64,000 nucleotides of DNA, from assembly GCA_017479485.1 (NCBI GenBank), contig JAFVCC010000114.1:1791-65790 (forward strand), in the 5' to 3' direction. The notes under the pieces were generated by a model. The model was not told the origin of the DNA and made no database searches. It saw nothing but the letters and a program-made list of their open reading frames with translations. The stretch is from Bacilli bacterium (GTDB lineage: Bacteria; Bacillota_I; Bacilli_A; RFN20; CAG-826). Shown here one piece after another: positions 1-9,133 of this stretch. Both the position numbers and the translations under genes were made by a program. Every line of letters begins with the position of its first letter. Within the stretch, counting starts at the first letter, position 1.

Positions 1-1000
1 GGAAGTCCTCCGGCATGTAATCCATCAACGTATAAGGGCGTTGGCCTGGCTTACGGCCATCAATATGGCGAGAATAGTTTTCAATGCCTGGGCAGCGGCC
101 AAATTCACGGAGGGATTCCATGTCCTGACGCGTCCTCATCTCGAGACGTTCCGCTTCCAGGAGTTTTCCTTCCGCGCGGAATTCTGCTAGGCGCTCCTCG
201 AGTTCTGCTCCGATGGTCTCGCATGCAGCTTCGATGCGGGCGCGAGTGGAAGCGTGGTCATAGGCTGGGAATATGGGATAGGTAAGGTAGGTCTTTTCCA
301 CGACCCCAGTGACCGAGTTAACCTGCGAAATCGATTCCACCTCGTCGCCGAATAAGTCGAGTCGGATGTAATAATCGTGGGTCGCCGGCGCAATATCGAT
401 GATGTCGCCATGGACGCGGAACGTACCGGGCTTTAAATCGATGTTGTTTCGGGTGTATTGAGCGTCAAGCAAGTGGCGGTAAAGCCCTTTACGGTCGAGT
501 TCTTCGCCGACGCGGATTTCAAAGATGAGCCCTTTGTACTCATTCGGATCCGACAAACCATAAATCGCCGCGACCGAAGCCACGACAATCGTGTCGCGAC
601 GAGACAAAACCGAATTCATCGCCGAAGTACGCATCATGTCGATTTCTTCGTTCATGACCGCGTTCTTGTCGATGTAGGTATCCGATTTGGGGAGGTAGGC
701 TTCCGGTTGGTAGAAATCGAAGTTGGAAATGAAATATTCGACGCGGTTTTCTGGAAATAGTTCCTTAAACTCGCCATAGAGTTGGGCCGCAAGGGTCTTG
801 TTATGGACCAAGACCAAAGTGGGACGGTTTAACGCAGCAACAATATTCGCGTCGGTAAAGGTCTTGCCCGTACCCGTCGCGCCTTTGATGACTTGAATCT
901 TTTTGCCTTGCTGAATTCCATCTAAAACCGTCGCGATCGCGGTGGGCTGATCGCCGGTTGGAACAAAGGGGGAAACAAGTTTAAATTTGTGATTTTCCAT
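1..1000 (-). CDS. uvrB: Excinuclease ABC subunit B (UvrB), N-terminal part. The gene continues past the left edge of the window.
   Basis: Minus-strand translation from the ATG at 1000 gives MENHKFKLVSPFVPTGDQPTAIATVLDGIQQGKKIQVIKGATGTGKTFT..., with a Walker A motif and typical UvrB N-terminal sequence. The frame is open to position 1. It is missing from the ORF track because it is truncated. Confidence 0.9.
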   Translation of the reverse strand, partial: MENHKFKLVSPFVPTGDQPTAIATVLDGIQQGKKIQVIKGATGTGKTFTDANIVAALNRPTLVLVHNKTLAAQLYGEFKELFPENRVEYFISNFDFYQPEAYLPKSDTYIDKNAVMNEEIDMMRTSAMNSVLSRRDTIVVASVAAIYGLSDPNEYKGLIFEIRVGEELDRKGLYRHLLDAQYTRNNIDLKPGTFRVHGDIIDIAPATHDYYIRLDLFGDEVESISQVNSVTGVVEKTYLTYPIFPAYDHASTRARIEAACETIGAELEERLAEFRAEGKLLEAERLEMRTRQDMESLREFGRCPGIENYSRHIDGRKPGQRPYTLMDYMPEDF

Positions 1001-1011
1001 GCAAAAGTCGA

Positions 1012-1962
1012 TTATTTGTCTCGATTTTTCTTTTTATATTCATGGACTAACGGATCAAATCCCTCGCCGTTAATCATGCTGGCTTTGGTAAAGGTGACGA
1101 AGGCTTTGGGGTCCGTCGCGCCGATGAACGCGCGGAAGGACGGCAACTCGCGGCTAGAGAAAGCGACGCGAAGGATTTTCTTTTCTTGGCCGGAATAACC
1201 GCCGAGGACATCGATTACCGTTGTCGCGCGGTCCATCGTTTCGTGAACGTAGGACTGAATCTCTTCGTATTTCTCCGAGATGATGTCCGCGATGACGAAA
1301 CTCTCAAAATTGACGTAAATATATTGGACCGCCAAAGCACAGGCGAACGCGCCAAGCACGCCAACAAGGGCAAGGCGGACGTCGCGAAGAGAAATAAGAC
1401 CCGCGATAACCAGCGTCGCATCGAGGATGAAAGCACTGACGGATTCCTTGATGGGAGTGTGCTTTGCGATGATGGAACTAATGACGTCAAGTCCACCCGT
1501 GGATCCGCCCGCATGATAGCAGATGGCCACGCCCGTGCCGATGAGCACGCCGCCGGCTAAAGCCGCGAGGGTCAATTGGCCATAATCCGTCGCATCAAAG
1601 AGGCGGCATACATAATTGCCTAGGCTATATCCATCGATGACAGGAAGGCGCGCGAGCAAAGAAAACAAAGCGGGGTAGAGCAACGTGGAGAACAAGGAAC
1701 GGATGATGTATCTCTTTCCTAAGAAGAGGAAGCTCACTCCAAGCATCAAAACTTGCACTCCGGCAGTTACGATATCCACCACATAGAAGCTCGACCCAAC
1801 GAAATACTGGATGATGACGCCGATGGAAAGCACGCCGCCGGTAACGAGACCCAAAGGGGAAATAAACGCCGCGTCGCCAAAGGCCAAAACAAAGCACCCA
1901 ATGGTCAATAATAGATATTTACGAATGGTGGAAAGCACCACTTTTTTGTCGATTTTACCCAT
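1012..1962 (-). CDS. YitT-family integral membrane protein (DUF2179-type C-terminal domain)
   Basis: 316 aa with multiple hydrophobic segments, a GGSTGGLD motif and a soluble C-terminal domain, as in YitT/YpjC-like proteins. The start overlaps the prfB stop by 8 nt. Confidence 0.7.
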   Translation of the reverse strand: MGKIDKKVVLSTIRKYLLLTIGCFVLAFGDAAFISPLGLVTGGVLSIGVIIQYFVGSSFYVVDIVTAGVQVLMLGVSFLFLGKRYIIRSLFSTLLYPALFSLLARLPVIDGYSLGNYVCRLFDATDYGQLTLAALAGGVLIGTGVAICYHAGGSTGGLDVISSIIAKHTPIKESVSAFILDATLVIAGLISLRDVRLALVGVLGAFACALAVQYIYVNFESFVIADIISEKYEEIQSYVHETMDRATTVIDVLGGYSGQEKKILRVAFSSRELPSFRAFIGATDPKAFVTFTKASMINGEGFDPLVHEYKKKNRDK

Positions 1963-3062
1963 GTCTGGCCTCGGATTCTAAGTAGGCATAGATAAATGGC
2001 AAGATATCGCCATCCATGACGCCGTTGACATCACCGGTTTGATAATCGGTGCGATGGTCTTTAACCATGGTATATGGCTGGAAGACGTAGGAGCGAATCT
2101 GGGAGCCCCACTCAATGTTCTTTTGTTCGCCTTGAATGGATTTTAGCTCACGGTCGCGCTCTTCGATCTTCCGCTGCATCAATAAGTCGGTCAGCATCGA
2201 CATACAGTTCTCTTTGTTCATTAACTGCGAGCGCTCGACCTGGCACTGGACGACAATGCCGGTAGGAAGGTGGGTAATACGGACGGCGGAAGATACTTTA
2301 TTCACGTTTTGTCCACCAGCGCCGCCGGAACGATAAGTGTCGACGCGAAGATCCTTCGGGTCGATCACAATATCGCTGATCGCACCAAATTCCGGAATCA
2401 CGTTTACCGAAGCAAAGCTTGTATGGCGACGAGCGGCAGCGTCAAAAGGAGAGATGCGGACGAGACGGTGCACGCCTTTTTCTCCCTTAAGATGGCCATA
2501 GGCATCAGGACCAGAGATTTTGATCGCGGCGGACTTGATACCCGCTTCTTCACCCTCTTCAATGTCGAGGACTTGTAGTTTGAAGCCGTTGCGCTCGCAA
2601 AAGCGACCGTACATACGGGAAAGCATCTGCGCCCAGTCCTGCGCTTCAGTTCCACCAGCGCCCGCATGAATCTCCAAGGTGCAGTTCAGCGCGTCATATT
2701 CGCCCGAGAAGAGTAATTTATGACGAAGTTCCTCGCACTCGGTGCCAAGGTCATTTTCCATCGACTCGATGAGTTCGAGCATTTCGGTATCTTTTTCCGA
2801 GGCTTCGTCAAGCAGGTCATTGATATCCTGCATGGTCGCGGCGGATTTGCGGTAGACACCGACTTTCCCCGTCAAAGCAGCATATCGCGCCATGACGACT
2901 TTCGCGGAGTTGGGGTCATCCCAAAAGCCCTCCACGTTTTGTTTTTCTTCTAGCGCGGCAATCTCGGACTCAATTTTGGGGAGGTCAAAGAGAATCACCG
3001 AGCTGCGAGACAAGACGGCCGAGTTCTACGGCCTTTTGTTTTAATTCGACGAGCTCTTTCAT
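1955..3062 (-). CDS. prfB: Peptide chain release factor 2, expressed through a programmed +1 frameshift. Frame 0 covers codons 1-25 (3062..2988). The +1 frame runs from 2986 to the stop at 1955.
   Basis: The track ORF contains [16 protein letters not shown] and the GGQNVNKV (GGQ) motif. Upstream, ATG 3062 encodes [25 protein letters not shown] and then reaches an in-frame TGA within CTT TGA C. Shifting +1 reads GAC CTC CCC... = DLPKIESE, which joins the long ORF. Confidence 0.93.
2984..2999 (-). promoter_or_regulatory. RF2 autoregulatory +1 frameshift site: GGTGAT TCT CTT TGA C
   Basis: The minus strand reads GGTGATTCTCTTTGAC. An internal SD-like GGTGAT (complementary to the 16S 3' end AUCACC) lies 3 nt upstream of the slippery CTT, which is followed by TGA C. 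The geometry matches the classical RF2 site. Confidence 0.85.
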
Positions 3063-3107
3063 TATTCCTTTTTCCAATAAAATATTCGGTTTTTGTGAGG
3101 TTTTTGA

Positions 3108-6100
3108 TTATTCTGCAGGGTTTTGCGGACGGAATTCCACCTGGACGTGGATGAGGTTGAGGACCAAATCCACAGAGATGGCATCCATCAGCAAACTGAC
3201 GAGCGGCGCACCTTCGCGGGCGTAGTCTTCCGGGGTGTTCTTTTCCGGACGGGCTAATAAGGCCTCTTTAAAGCGGAGGAGGTTCGTGCGATGCTGCTCC
3301 CAATCGCGGTCGATGACCTGGGCGCAGACGTTGCGCTCAATGTAGTCAGCCTGCTCAGGAGTCCACTCTTTGCGGCGGGTTAAGTAACGAGAATAAAGCA
3401 GTTCGGAAAGTTTCTTCGCCGCATCCTCTGGAGCGAGGTCTAATTCGCTAAGCGGGGCCTCGTTTTCGGCAAAGAAGTTCGGCTCGAGGATCGATTTGAG
3501 ATCATCGAGGCTGACTTTGCCGTCTTTGACGCAGCGGTTAATCACCGCGTGGCCAGCAGTATCGAAGAGGGCGCGGATCGTTTTGACGACGCTCGGGATG
3601 CTTGCGACGGTATCGCGGAGCTCCTTGGCAGCGTGGTGATGGGCCGCGACGACCTCGTCATCGTCGGGTGCGGTCTCAGGTGCGGGCGGGACGGCGGGGC
3701 GTCCGGAGCTAGGTTGCGCGTTACCCGCAGGGGCGGCGCCTCCTTGCGCGGGATTGGCAGCTTGCTGTTGCTGCAAACGGGCGGCTTCCATAGCCTCGCG
3801 TTCTGCGGCTTGTTCTTCCGGAGTTTTGAGGCGGACGCGCATGAAAGTGCGTACACAGTCGACCGCGACAGTTTCGTTCATTTCGCGGAAGAGGGCATAG
3901 CCTTCGTTGACGTAGTCCTGAAGCGGGTTGGTTTGGGCGTAGGAGCGTAAGCCAATGCCATCGCGGAGGTGGGCCATGGTGTCGATGTGCTTGGTCCAGT
4001 TGCGGTCAATGACCGAAAGTGAGACGTTGCGCTCGATATAGTCAGCCTCTTCCGGAGTCCAGGCTTTGCGGCGGGAAAGGTATTTCTGATAGAGGAATTC
4101 GCCTAAGTCTTCGCCGCCTTCTTCAACGGTGGCTTCTTCATAGGCCTTATAAGGGAAGCTTCCTTCATCAACGAAAGCCGGTTCGACGAGGCGGCGGAGC
4201 TCATCCGCATTGATCAAGCCTTCGTCACGGCCTTCTAACACGGCTTTCTTTGCCAAATACTTACCGGTATCCACGAAGAAGTTATGGACCATCTCGGAGA
4301 TGTCGCCAGCGAGCATGATGTTGTCGCGGCGGGTATAGATGATTTGACGCTGCTTGGCTAAGACGTCGTCGTAGTCCAAGAGGTTTTTACGGGTATCGAA
4401 GTTACGGCCTTCGATTTGCTTCTGGGCGTTGGTAACAACGTTTTGGATCATGCGGTTTTCCAAATGGTCATCGCCAAGCTGCTTTTGGAAGGTCTCACGG
4501 ATGTTATCCGGGACGAAACGTCTCATGAGTTCATCGTCAAAGGAGACATAGAAGCGGGAGAAACCGGGGTCACCCTGACGACCAGAACGGCCACGGAGCT
4601 GGTTATCGATACGGCGAGATTCGTGACGTTCGGTGCCAAGGACGCAAAGGCCGCCAAGTTCGCGGACGCCTTCACCGAGCTTAATATCAGTACCACGGCC
4701 CGCCATGTTCGTGGCTAAGGTAACCGCGCCTTTTTCGCCAGCGTGGGAGATGATTTCCGCTTCGCGGGCGGCGTTTTTCGCATTGAGGACTTCGTGGGGG
4801 ATGCCCGCCGCAGTAAGAAGGGCGGAGATTTCTTCGTTGGATTCAACGGAAGAGGTACCGATAAGGACCGGTTGCCCCGTTTCATGACGGAGACGGACTT
4901 CGTCGACAAGGCCCGCAAGTTTGGCCTTGTGGGTGCCATAGATGTGGTCGTCGTCATCGATACGCTGAATCGGACGGTTGGTCGGAATCACGACGACCTT
5001 CATGTTGTAGATCTTCTCGAATTCCTCTTCTTCGGTTTTCGCGGTACCGGTCATGCCAGAGAGTTTCTTATAGAGACGGAAGAAGTTCTGGTAAGTAATG
5101 GTCGCCATGACGACGGTCTCTTGCTTGATCTCCACGCCTTCTTTGGCTTGGATGGCTTGCTGCAAGCCGTCGTTATATTCACGGCCCTTCATGACACGGC
5201 CGGTGAATTGGTCGATGAGTTGGATTTGACGGTCGGAGTCGACCATATATTCCACGTCGCGGGCCATGATGTAATTGGCCTTAAGAGCCTGGTGGATACG
5301 GTGGACGAGATCCTGATTCTCCGGATCATAAAGATTGCGGACACCGAACATTTTTTCGGCTTTGTCGTTGCCCGAATCGGTCAAAGAAGCAGTTTTAGTC
5401 TTGATATCGACGGTAAAATCCTTCTCTTTTTTGAGCATTTTGACGAAGCGGTCTGCGACTTGGTATTGCGAAGCGGATGCTTTCTTGCCGCCGGAAATGA
5501 TAAGCGGGGTGCGGGATTCGTCGACCAAGACGGAGTCGGCTTCGTCGACGATACAGAACTTCAAGCCACGGAGGACGCGCCCCGCCATGGTGGTCGCCAT
5601 GTTGTCGCGGAGATAGTCAAAACCCAGCTCGGAGTTGGTGGTATAGGTGATGTCGCAAAGGTAGGCATCGCGCTTCTCCGAGGTCGATTTCGACGCGAGG
5701 TTGACGCCGACGGTGAGGCCGAGGAAACGATAGACTTGTCCCATCCATTCCGCGTCACGGGAAGCGAGGTATTCGTTGACCGTAATGACGTGGACGCCTT
5801 CGCCACGGAGAGCGTTCAAATAGACGGCCATGGTCGCCGTTAAGGTTTTACCTTCGCCGGTGCGCATCTCGGCGACGTTGCCGCCATCAAGAACCAATGA
5901 GCCAACAATCTGAACCTTAAACGGTTTCTGATGCAGGGTACGCCACGCTGCTTCGCGGGCCACCGCAAAGGCTTCGATCTTGATTTCTTCTTGCTTGCGG
6001 TCTTTTTCTTCGGGCGTTTCCGCTTTCGCGAGAATCGCTTTGAATTCGTCGGTCTTAGCGCGAAGTTCATCATCGGTTAAGGCCGCCATCGTCGAATCGA

Positions 6101-6185
6101 GCGCCATGACCTGTTCGGCCACGCGTTCGAGTTTTTTTAGTTCCCTTTTTTCTAGGTGGAAGATTGCTTCAATAAAGTTCGCCAC
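3108..6185 (-). CDS. secA: Preprotein translocase ATPase SecA, unusually long, with a duplicated C-terminal module
   Basis: DEAD-motor motifs are present: MRTGEGKTL, VDEADSVLVDE, TNMAGRGTDIKLG. The likely start is GTG 6185 (AAGGAG 6 nt upstream), not the track's TTG at 6203. See the finding on the C-terminal duplication. Confidence 0.95.
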   Translation of the reverse strand: MANFIEAIFHLEKRELKKLERVAEQVMALDSTMAALTDDELRAKTDEFKAILAKAETPEEKDRKQEEIKIEAFAVAREAAWRTLHQKPFKVQIVGSLVLDGGNVAEMRTGEGKTLTATMAVYLNALRGEGVHVITVNEYLASRDAEWMGQVYRFLGLTVGVNLASKSTSEKRDAYLCDITYTTNSELGFDYLRDNMATTMAGRVLRGLKFCIVDEADSVLVDESRTPLIISGGKKASASQYQVADRFVKMLKKEKDFTVDIKTKTASLTDSGNDKAEKMFGVRNLYDPENQDLVHRIHQALKANYIMARDVEYMVDSDRQIQLIDQFTGRVMKGREYNDGLQQAIQAKEGVEIKQETVVMATITYQNFFRLYKKLSGMTGTAKTEEEEFEKIYNMKVVVIPTNRPIQRIDDDDHIYGTHKAKLAGLVDEVRLRHETGQPVLIGTSSVESNEEISALLTAAGIPHEVLNAKNAAREAEIISHAGEKGAVTLATNMAGRGTDIKLGEGVRELGGLCVLGTERHESRRIDNQLRGRSGRQGDPGFSRFYVSFDDELMRRFVPDNIRETFQKQLGDDHLENRMIQNVVTNAQKQIEGRNFDTRKNLLDYDDVLAKQRQIIYTRRDNIMLAGDISEMVHNFFVDTGKYLAKKAVLEGRDEGLINADELRRLVEPAFVDEGSFPYKAYEEATVEEGGEDLGEFLYQKYLSRRKAWTPEEADYIERNVSLSVIDRNWTKHIDTMAHLRDGIGLRSYAQTNPLQDYVNEGYALFREMNETVAVDCVRTFMRVRLKTPEEQAAEREAMEAARLQQQQAANPAQGGAAPAGNAQPSSGRPAVPPAPETAPDDDEVVAAHHHAAKELRDTVASIPSVVKTIRALFDTAGHAVINRCVKDGKVSLDDLKSILEPNFFAENEAPLSELDLAPEDAAKKLSELLYSRYLTRRKEWTPEQADYIERNVCAQVIDRDWEQHRTNLLRFKEALLARPEKNTPEDYAREGAPLVSLLMDAISVDLVLNLIHVQVEFRPQNPAE

Positions 6186-6273
6186 GTTAATCTCCTTACT
6201 CAAAAGTGCCCGTAAATCATACCATTAGCCCATGGCGTAGGCAACTGCGCGCCTAAGCGTACGCATAAAGTCA

Positions 6274-6936
6274 TCATGGGCTTGCCTTTTTCTTACGTTT
6301 TCTTGTCTTGGGGACTCTCGCGGCCACGAGGATTTCAATCTTCTTAGGATGAAGGGTCCTTGCCAAATGGAGACAGGCTTTGATCGTCGAACCGGTAGTA
6401 TAAATGTCGTCTACGAGCAGGACCTTCTCGCCCCGCAAGGTCGCGCCGGGCTTTAGTTTGATGCAGGAGGCGATTCTAGCCCTTGCTCTTTTCGATTGGT
6501 CGCTTTGCTTGATGTCTTCGGTTTTCTCAAAGATGGGCATAATCCTTTTGCCGATACCCTGAAACATCGTGGGAACATGGTCAAACCCCCGCTCCTCCAC
6601 CTTGTTTATATGGGATGGAGCGGTGATCAAAATGTAATCGCGATAACGGAATTTAAGATAAGGCAAAAGGCGTTCAAAGAAGGCCGACCAAAGTTCAATA
6701 TCCCCACACTTTTTATAGGCATAAATCAAGGACTGGAACGCTTGGCTATAGGGATAGATTCCAAAGGCCTTTACCCCTTCAACCTTCCAATGAAAATATG
6801 AGGGTTTTAATTCCAAAAAACAGCGCAAACAAATCGATTTCGCTGCAAAAACCAATCCAAAAATCGAATTTTTATCCATCGGTCGGTGGCATATTTTGCA
6901 GAAATGTGTTGCAGTATTCGATTTCTTTGATGGCAT
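6274..6936 (-). CDS. comFC: ComF-family phosphoribosyltransferase-fold protein (ComFC-like)
   Basis: N-terminal Cys pairs (FCKIC ... CLRC) and the PRTase motif VLLVDDIYTTGST. It sits directly downstream of the ComFA-like helicase, overlapping it by 65 nt. Confidence 0.8.
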   Translation of the reverse strand: MPSKKSNTATHFCKICHRPMDKNSIFGLVFAAKSICLRCFLELKPSYFHWKVEGVKAFGIYPYSQAFQSLIYAYKKCGDIELWSAFFERLLPYLKFRYRDYILITAPSHINKVEERGFDHVPTMFQGIGKRIMPIFEKTEDIKQSDQSKRARARIASCIKLKPGATLRGEKVLLVDDIYTTGSTIKACLHLARTLHPKKIEILVAARVPKTRKRKKKASP

Positions 6937-8041
6937 CGATCATGCCCTCCGTTTTTCGTTCCGCAAGGAAAAGAACTTCGCCTTCTGGCGCGTCGGCTTT
7001 GCGCCCGACTCGACCCGAGATTTGAATTAACGCCGCTGAGTCATAGATGTCGTTGTCCGCGCCATAGACGATGACTTGTAGCCCCCGTATCGTCACCCCG
7101 CGTTCAAGGACGGCCGTCGTTACGAGGTATTGCTTCTTGCCCTGCTTGAATGCTTTGATGATCTCGGCTCTTAAATCACGTTTGCTGGAGACGTAGTCGC
7201 CGCCACGGGCAAATAAACTGAGATAGAAAAACAAGTTTTCCGCCTGATCTACAGTAGGAACAAAAATGAGGCATTGTTTGCCTTGCTTTCGATATTCTTT
7301 GAGTTTCTTCACCGCGACGATAAACTTCGCGACGCCATAAGCGATAATGATTCGCGGCACAGGAATCGGCTTTTTATGAAACCTTGTGCGGAGGCATACC
7401 ATGTCTTTCCCCGGTTGATGAAACTCCTTGATGATGTCCTTGGATGGGGTGGCCGTCATCATGACATAATGTCCGCGAAGGGCCGCATGGAAAAAAGCGA
7501 TTAACGTCGGGTCTCCCTTAAAAGGGAAGGCATCGATTTCATCCATGACGATCAAGTCGAAATAATGGGGATAACGGTAGAGTTGGTGAGTGGTTAAGAT
7601 GACGCAATCGCCCTCTAATTCGCTCGTATGCTGCCCATATACCGCGACAATCTTGTTGTCCGGGAAGGCGTCTTTAAGGCGAAGGTACAGTTCGATGACC
7701 ACGTCACGTCGTGGCAAGGCAAAAGCAACGGCGAGCCCTCGCGACATCGCATAAGCAAGGACTCCATAGGAGATCTCGGTCTTTCCCGAGCCGCATACGG
7801 CATAGACCAGCGTGTCGATGCCCGCCTTAAAATTCTCCACAATCTTGGAGGAAAGCTCCTGCTGCTGCTTGGATAAACCATAGTTCAGACTGAGGCGAAC
7901 ATTCTTCTCTACTTGAGGCAAAGGCTTGGCAAGATCGCCATGGAACCCAATGCAGCGTCGGCAATAGGGTTTGCCGTTTTTCATGCCGATGAAATGAGGA
8001 TCGTTATTACCGCAGCGGGGACAAACAAAAAGAGCTTTCAC
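6872..8041 (-). CDS. comFA: ComFA-like DEAD/DEAH-box helicase (competence-associated)
   Basis: N-terminal zinc-finger cysteines (CPRC ... CRRC), Walker A (CGSGKTE), a DEID box and a helicase C-terminal domain (TTAVLERGVT, GRVGR). GTG start. Confidence 0.8.
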   Translation of the reverse strand: MKALFVCPRCGNNDPHFIGMKNGKPYCRRCIGFHGDLAKPLPQVEKNVRLSLNYGLSKQQQELSSKIVENFKAGIDTLVYAVCGSGKTEISYGVLAYAMSRGLAVAFALPRRDVVIELYLRLKDAFPDNKIVAVYGQHTSELEGDCVILTTHQLYRYPHYFDLIVMDEIDAFPFKGDPTLIAFFHAALRGHYVMMTATPSKDIIKEFHQPGKDMVCLRTRFHKKPIPVPRIIIAYGVAKFIVAVKKLKEYRKQGKQCLIFVPTVDQAENLFFYLSLFARGGDYVSSKRDLRAEIIKAFKQGKKQYLVTTAVLERGVTIRGLQVIVYGADNDIYDSAALIQISGRVGRKADAPEGEVLFLAERKTEGMIDAIKEIEYCNTFLQNMPPTDG

Positions 8042-8077
8042 ATTCTCTTATAACGGAAAGCTCTAGGAGAGGCGAAA

Positions 8078-9133
8078 TTATTTATCGAGTTGATCGACGC
8101 GACGATGATGTTTTGCTTCGACGGAGAAGGGAACGCTAAGGAAGATGTCGACGCGGCGAAGCACGTCCTCGAGTTTCATGTATTTTTGTCCAAAGGCGAT
8201 CACGTTGGCGTTGTTGTGCTCGCGGGTTTTCGCGGTGACCGCATCGTCATAACCGATGCCACAGCGTGCCCCAGGCACCTTGTTCGCGGCCATGGAGATA
8301 CCTTCACCCGAGGTGCAGACCACGACGCCGAGTTCTGCCTTGCCTTGCACGACAGCTTCCGCAACGGCCTTACCGAATTGGGGATAGTCCACCGAGGAAG
8401 TGGAGTGGCAGCCGAAGTCTAAGACGTCGTATCCCATGTCGATCAAATGTTTTTTGACTTCCTCTTTGTAAAGGTAACCGCCGTGGTCGCTTCCTAAAGC
8501 GATTGATTTTGCAACTTTTTGATATACGCCCTCGATATTTTCAAATTCAATGTTACCCTGGCGAATCAGTTTTGGCGCATCTCCCGTAAGGTCAACAATG
8601 GTCGAGGGAGTATGGGAAACGCATTCTCCTTTGACGATGTAGGCGACGCGAGAATCAAAGATGTCGATGGCTTCCTTAGCGTTTTGAGCCGGCTTAGAGC
8701 CCGACATGTTTGCTGAGGACACCAAAAGCGGTTCGCCCACCATCTCAATGAGTTCCAAAACGTCTTTTGCGTTGGGGATACGCACGCCGACGATACCCGT
8801 TCCGAGGTCCATACAATGAGGAATTCCTGGCCTGCCCTTAAGAAGAAGGGTAATCTCACCCGGCATAAACTTCTGCATGACTTCTGCGGTTCCAATGTTG
8901 ATTTGGCAGCATTCCACGACCGAGCCAATGTCCGCGCACATCAAAGTAAACGGCTTCGCTTCGGGGCGGCCTTTCGCATCGCGAAGCTTCTCATATGCTG
9001 CCTCGCTTGAAGCAAGGCAAGCAATGCCATAGACCGTCTCGGTGGGGAAGAGCACTACCTCTCCCGCCTGAAGCGCTTTAGCAACGGCTTCTTTTTCGTT
9101 CCAATCGACAATTCTTGTTTCCATTGATGTCAC
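8078..9133 (-). CDS. Fusion protein: L-threonylcarbamoyladenylate synthase (TsaC/YwlC, YrdC domain) at the N terminus plus ribose-5-phosphate isomerase B (RpiB/LacAB) at the C terminus
   Basis: The N-terminal ~205 aa carry YrdC-type motifs (FPTETVYG, KGRPEAKPF, SSANMSG). The C-terminal ~145 aa begin SIALGSDHGGYLYK and contain VVCTSGEGISMAANKVPGARCG and REHNNANVIAFG, which are RpiB signatures. The frame is single and uninterrupted. Confidence 0.8.
   Translation of the reverse strand: MTSMETRIVDWNEKEAVAKALQAGEVVLFPTETVYGIACLASSEAAYEKLRDAKGRPEAKPFTLMCADIGSVVECCQINIGTAEVMQKFMPGEITLLLKGRPGIPHCMDLGTGIVGVRIPNAKDVLELIEMVGEPLLVSSANMSGSKPAQNAKEAIDIFDSRVAYIVKGECVSHTPSTIVDLTGDAPKLIRQGNIEFENIEGVYQKVAKSIALGSDHGGYLYKEEVKKHLIDMGYDVLDFGCHSTSSVDYPQFGKAVAEAVVQGKAELGVVVCTSGEGISMAANKVPGARCGIGYDDAVTAKTREHNNANVIAFGQKYMKLEDVLRRVDIFLSVPFSVEAKHHRRVDQLDK

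Noticed and set aside
4743-5843. A 366-aa plus-strand ORF, with similar long antisense ORFs at 34619-35260, 39516-40181, 62658-63347 and 16408-16908.
   Set aside because: Each lies entirely antisense to a gene with unmistakable motifs (secA, lysS, ABC, ppdK, the yaaT tail). Their translations are low-complexity, rich in Gly, Asp, Val and Arg, and have no motifs or RBS. This is the usual artefact of stop-poor antisense frames in GC-biased coding sequence.
6872-6936. The 65-nt comFA/comFC overlap as a sign of a frameshifted fusion or a pseudogene.
   Set aside because: Both ORFs are intact with complete motif sets. The ComFC N-terminal CxxC pair lies within the overlap, so the long overlap is plausibly real. 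There is no evidence of disruption.
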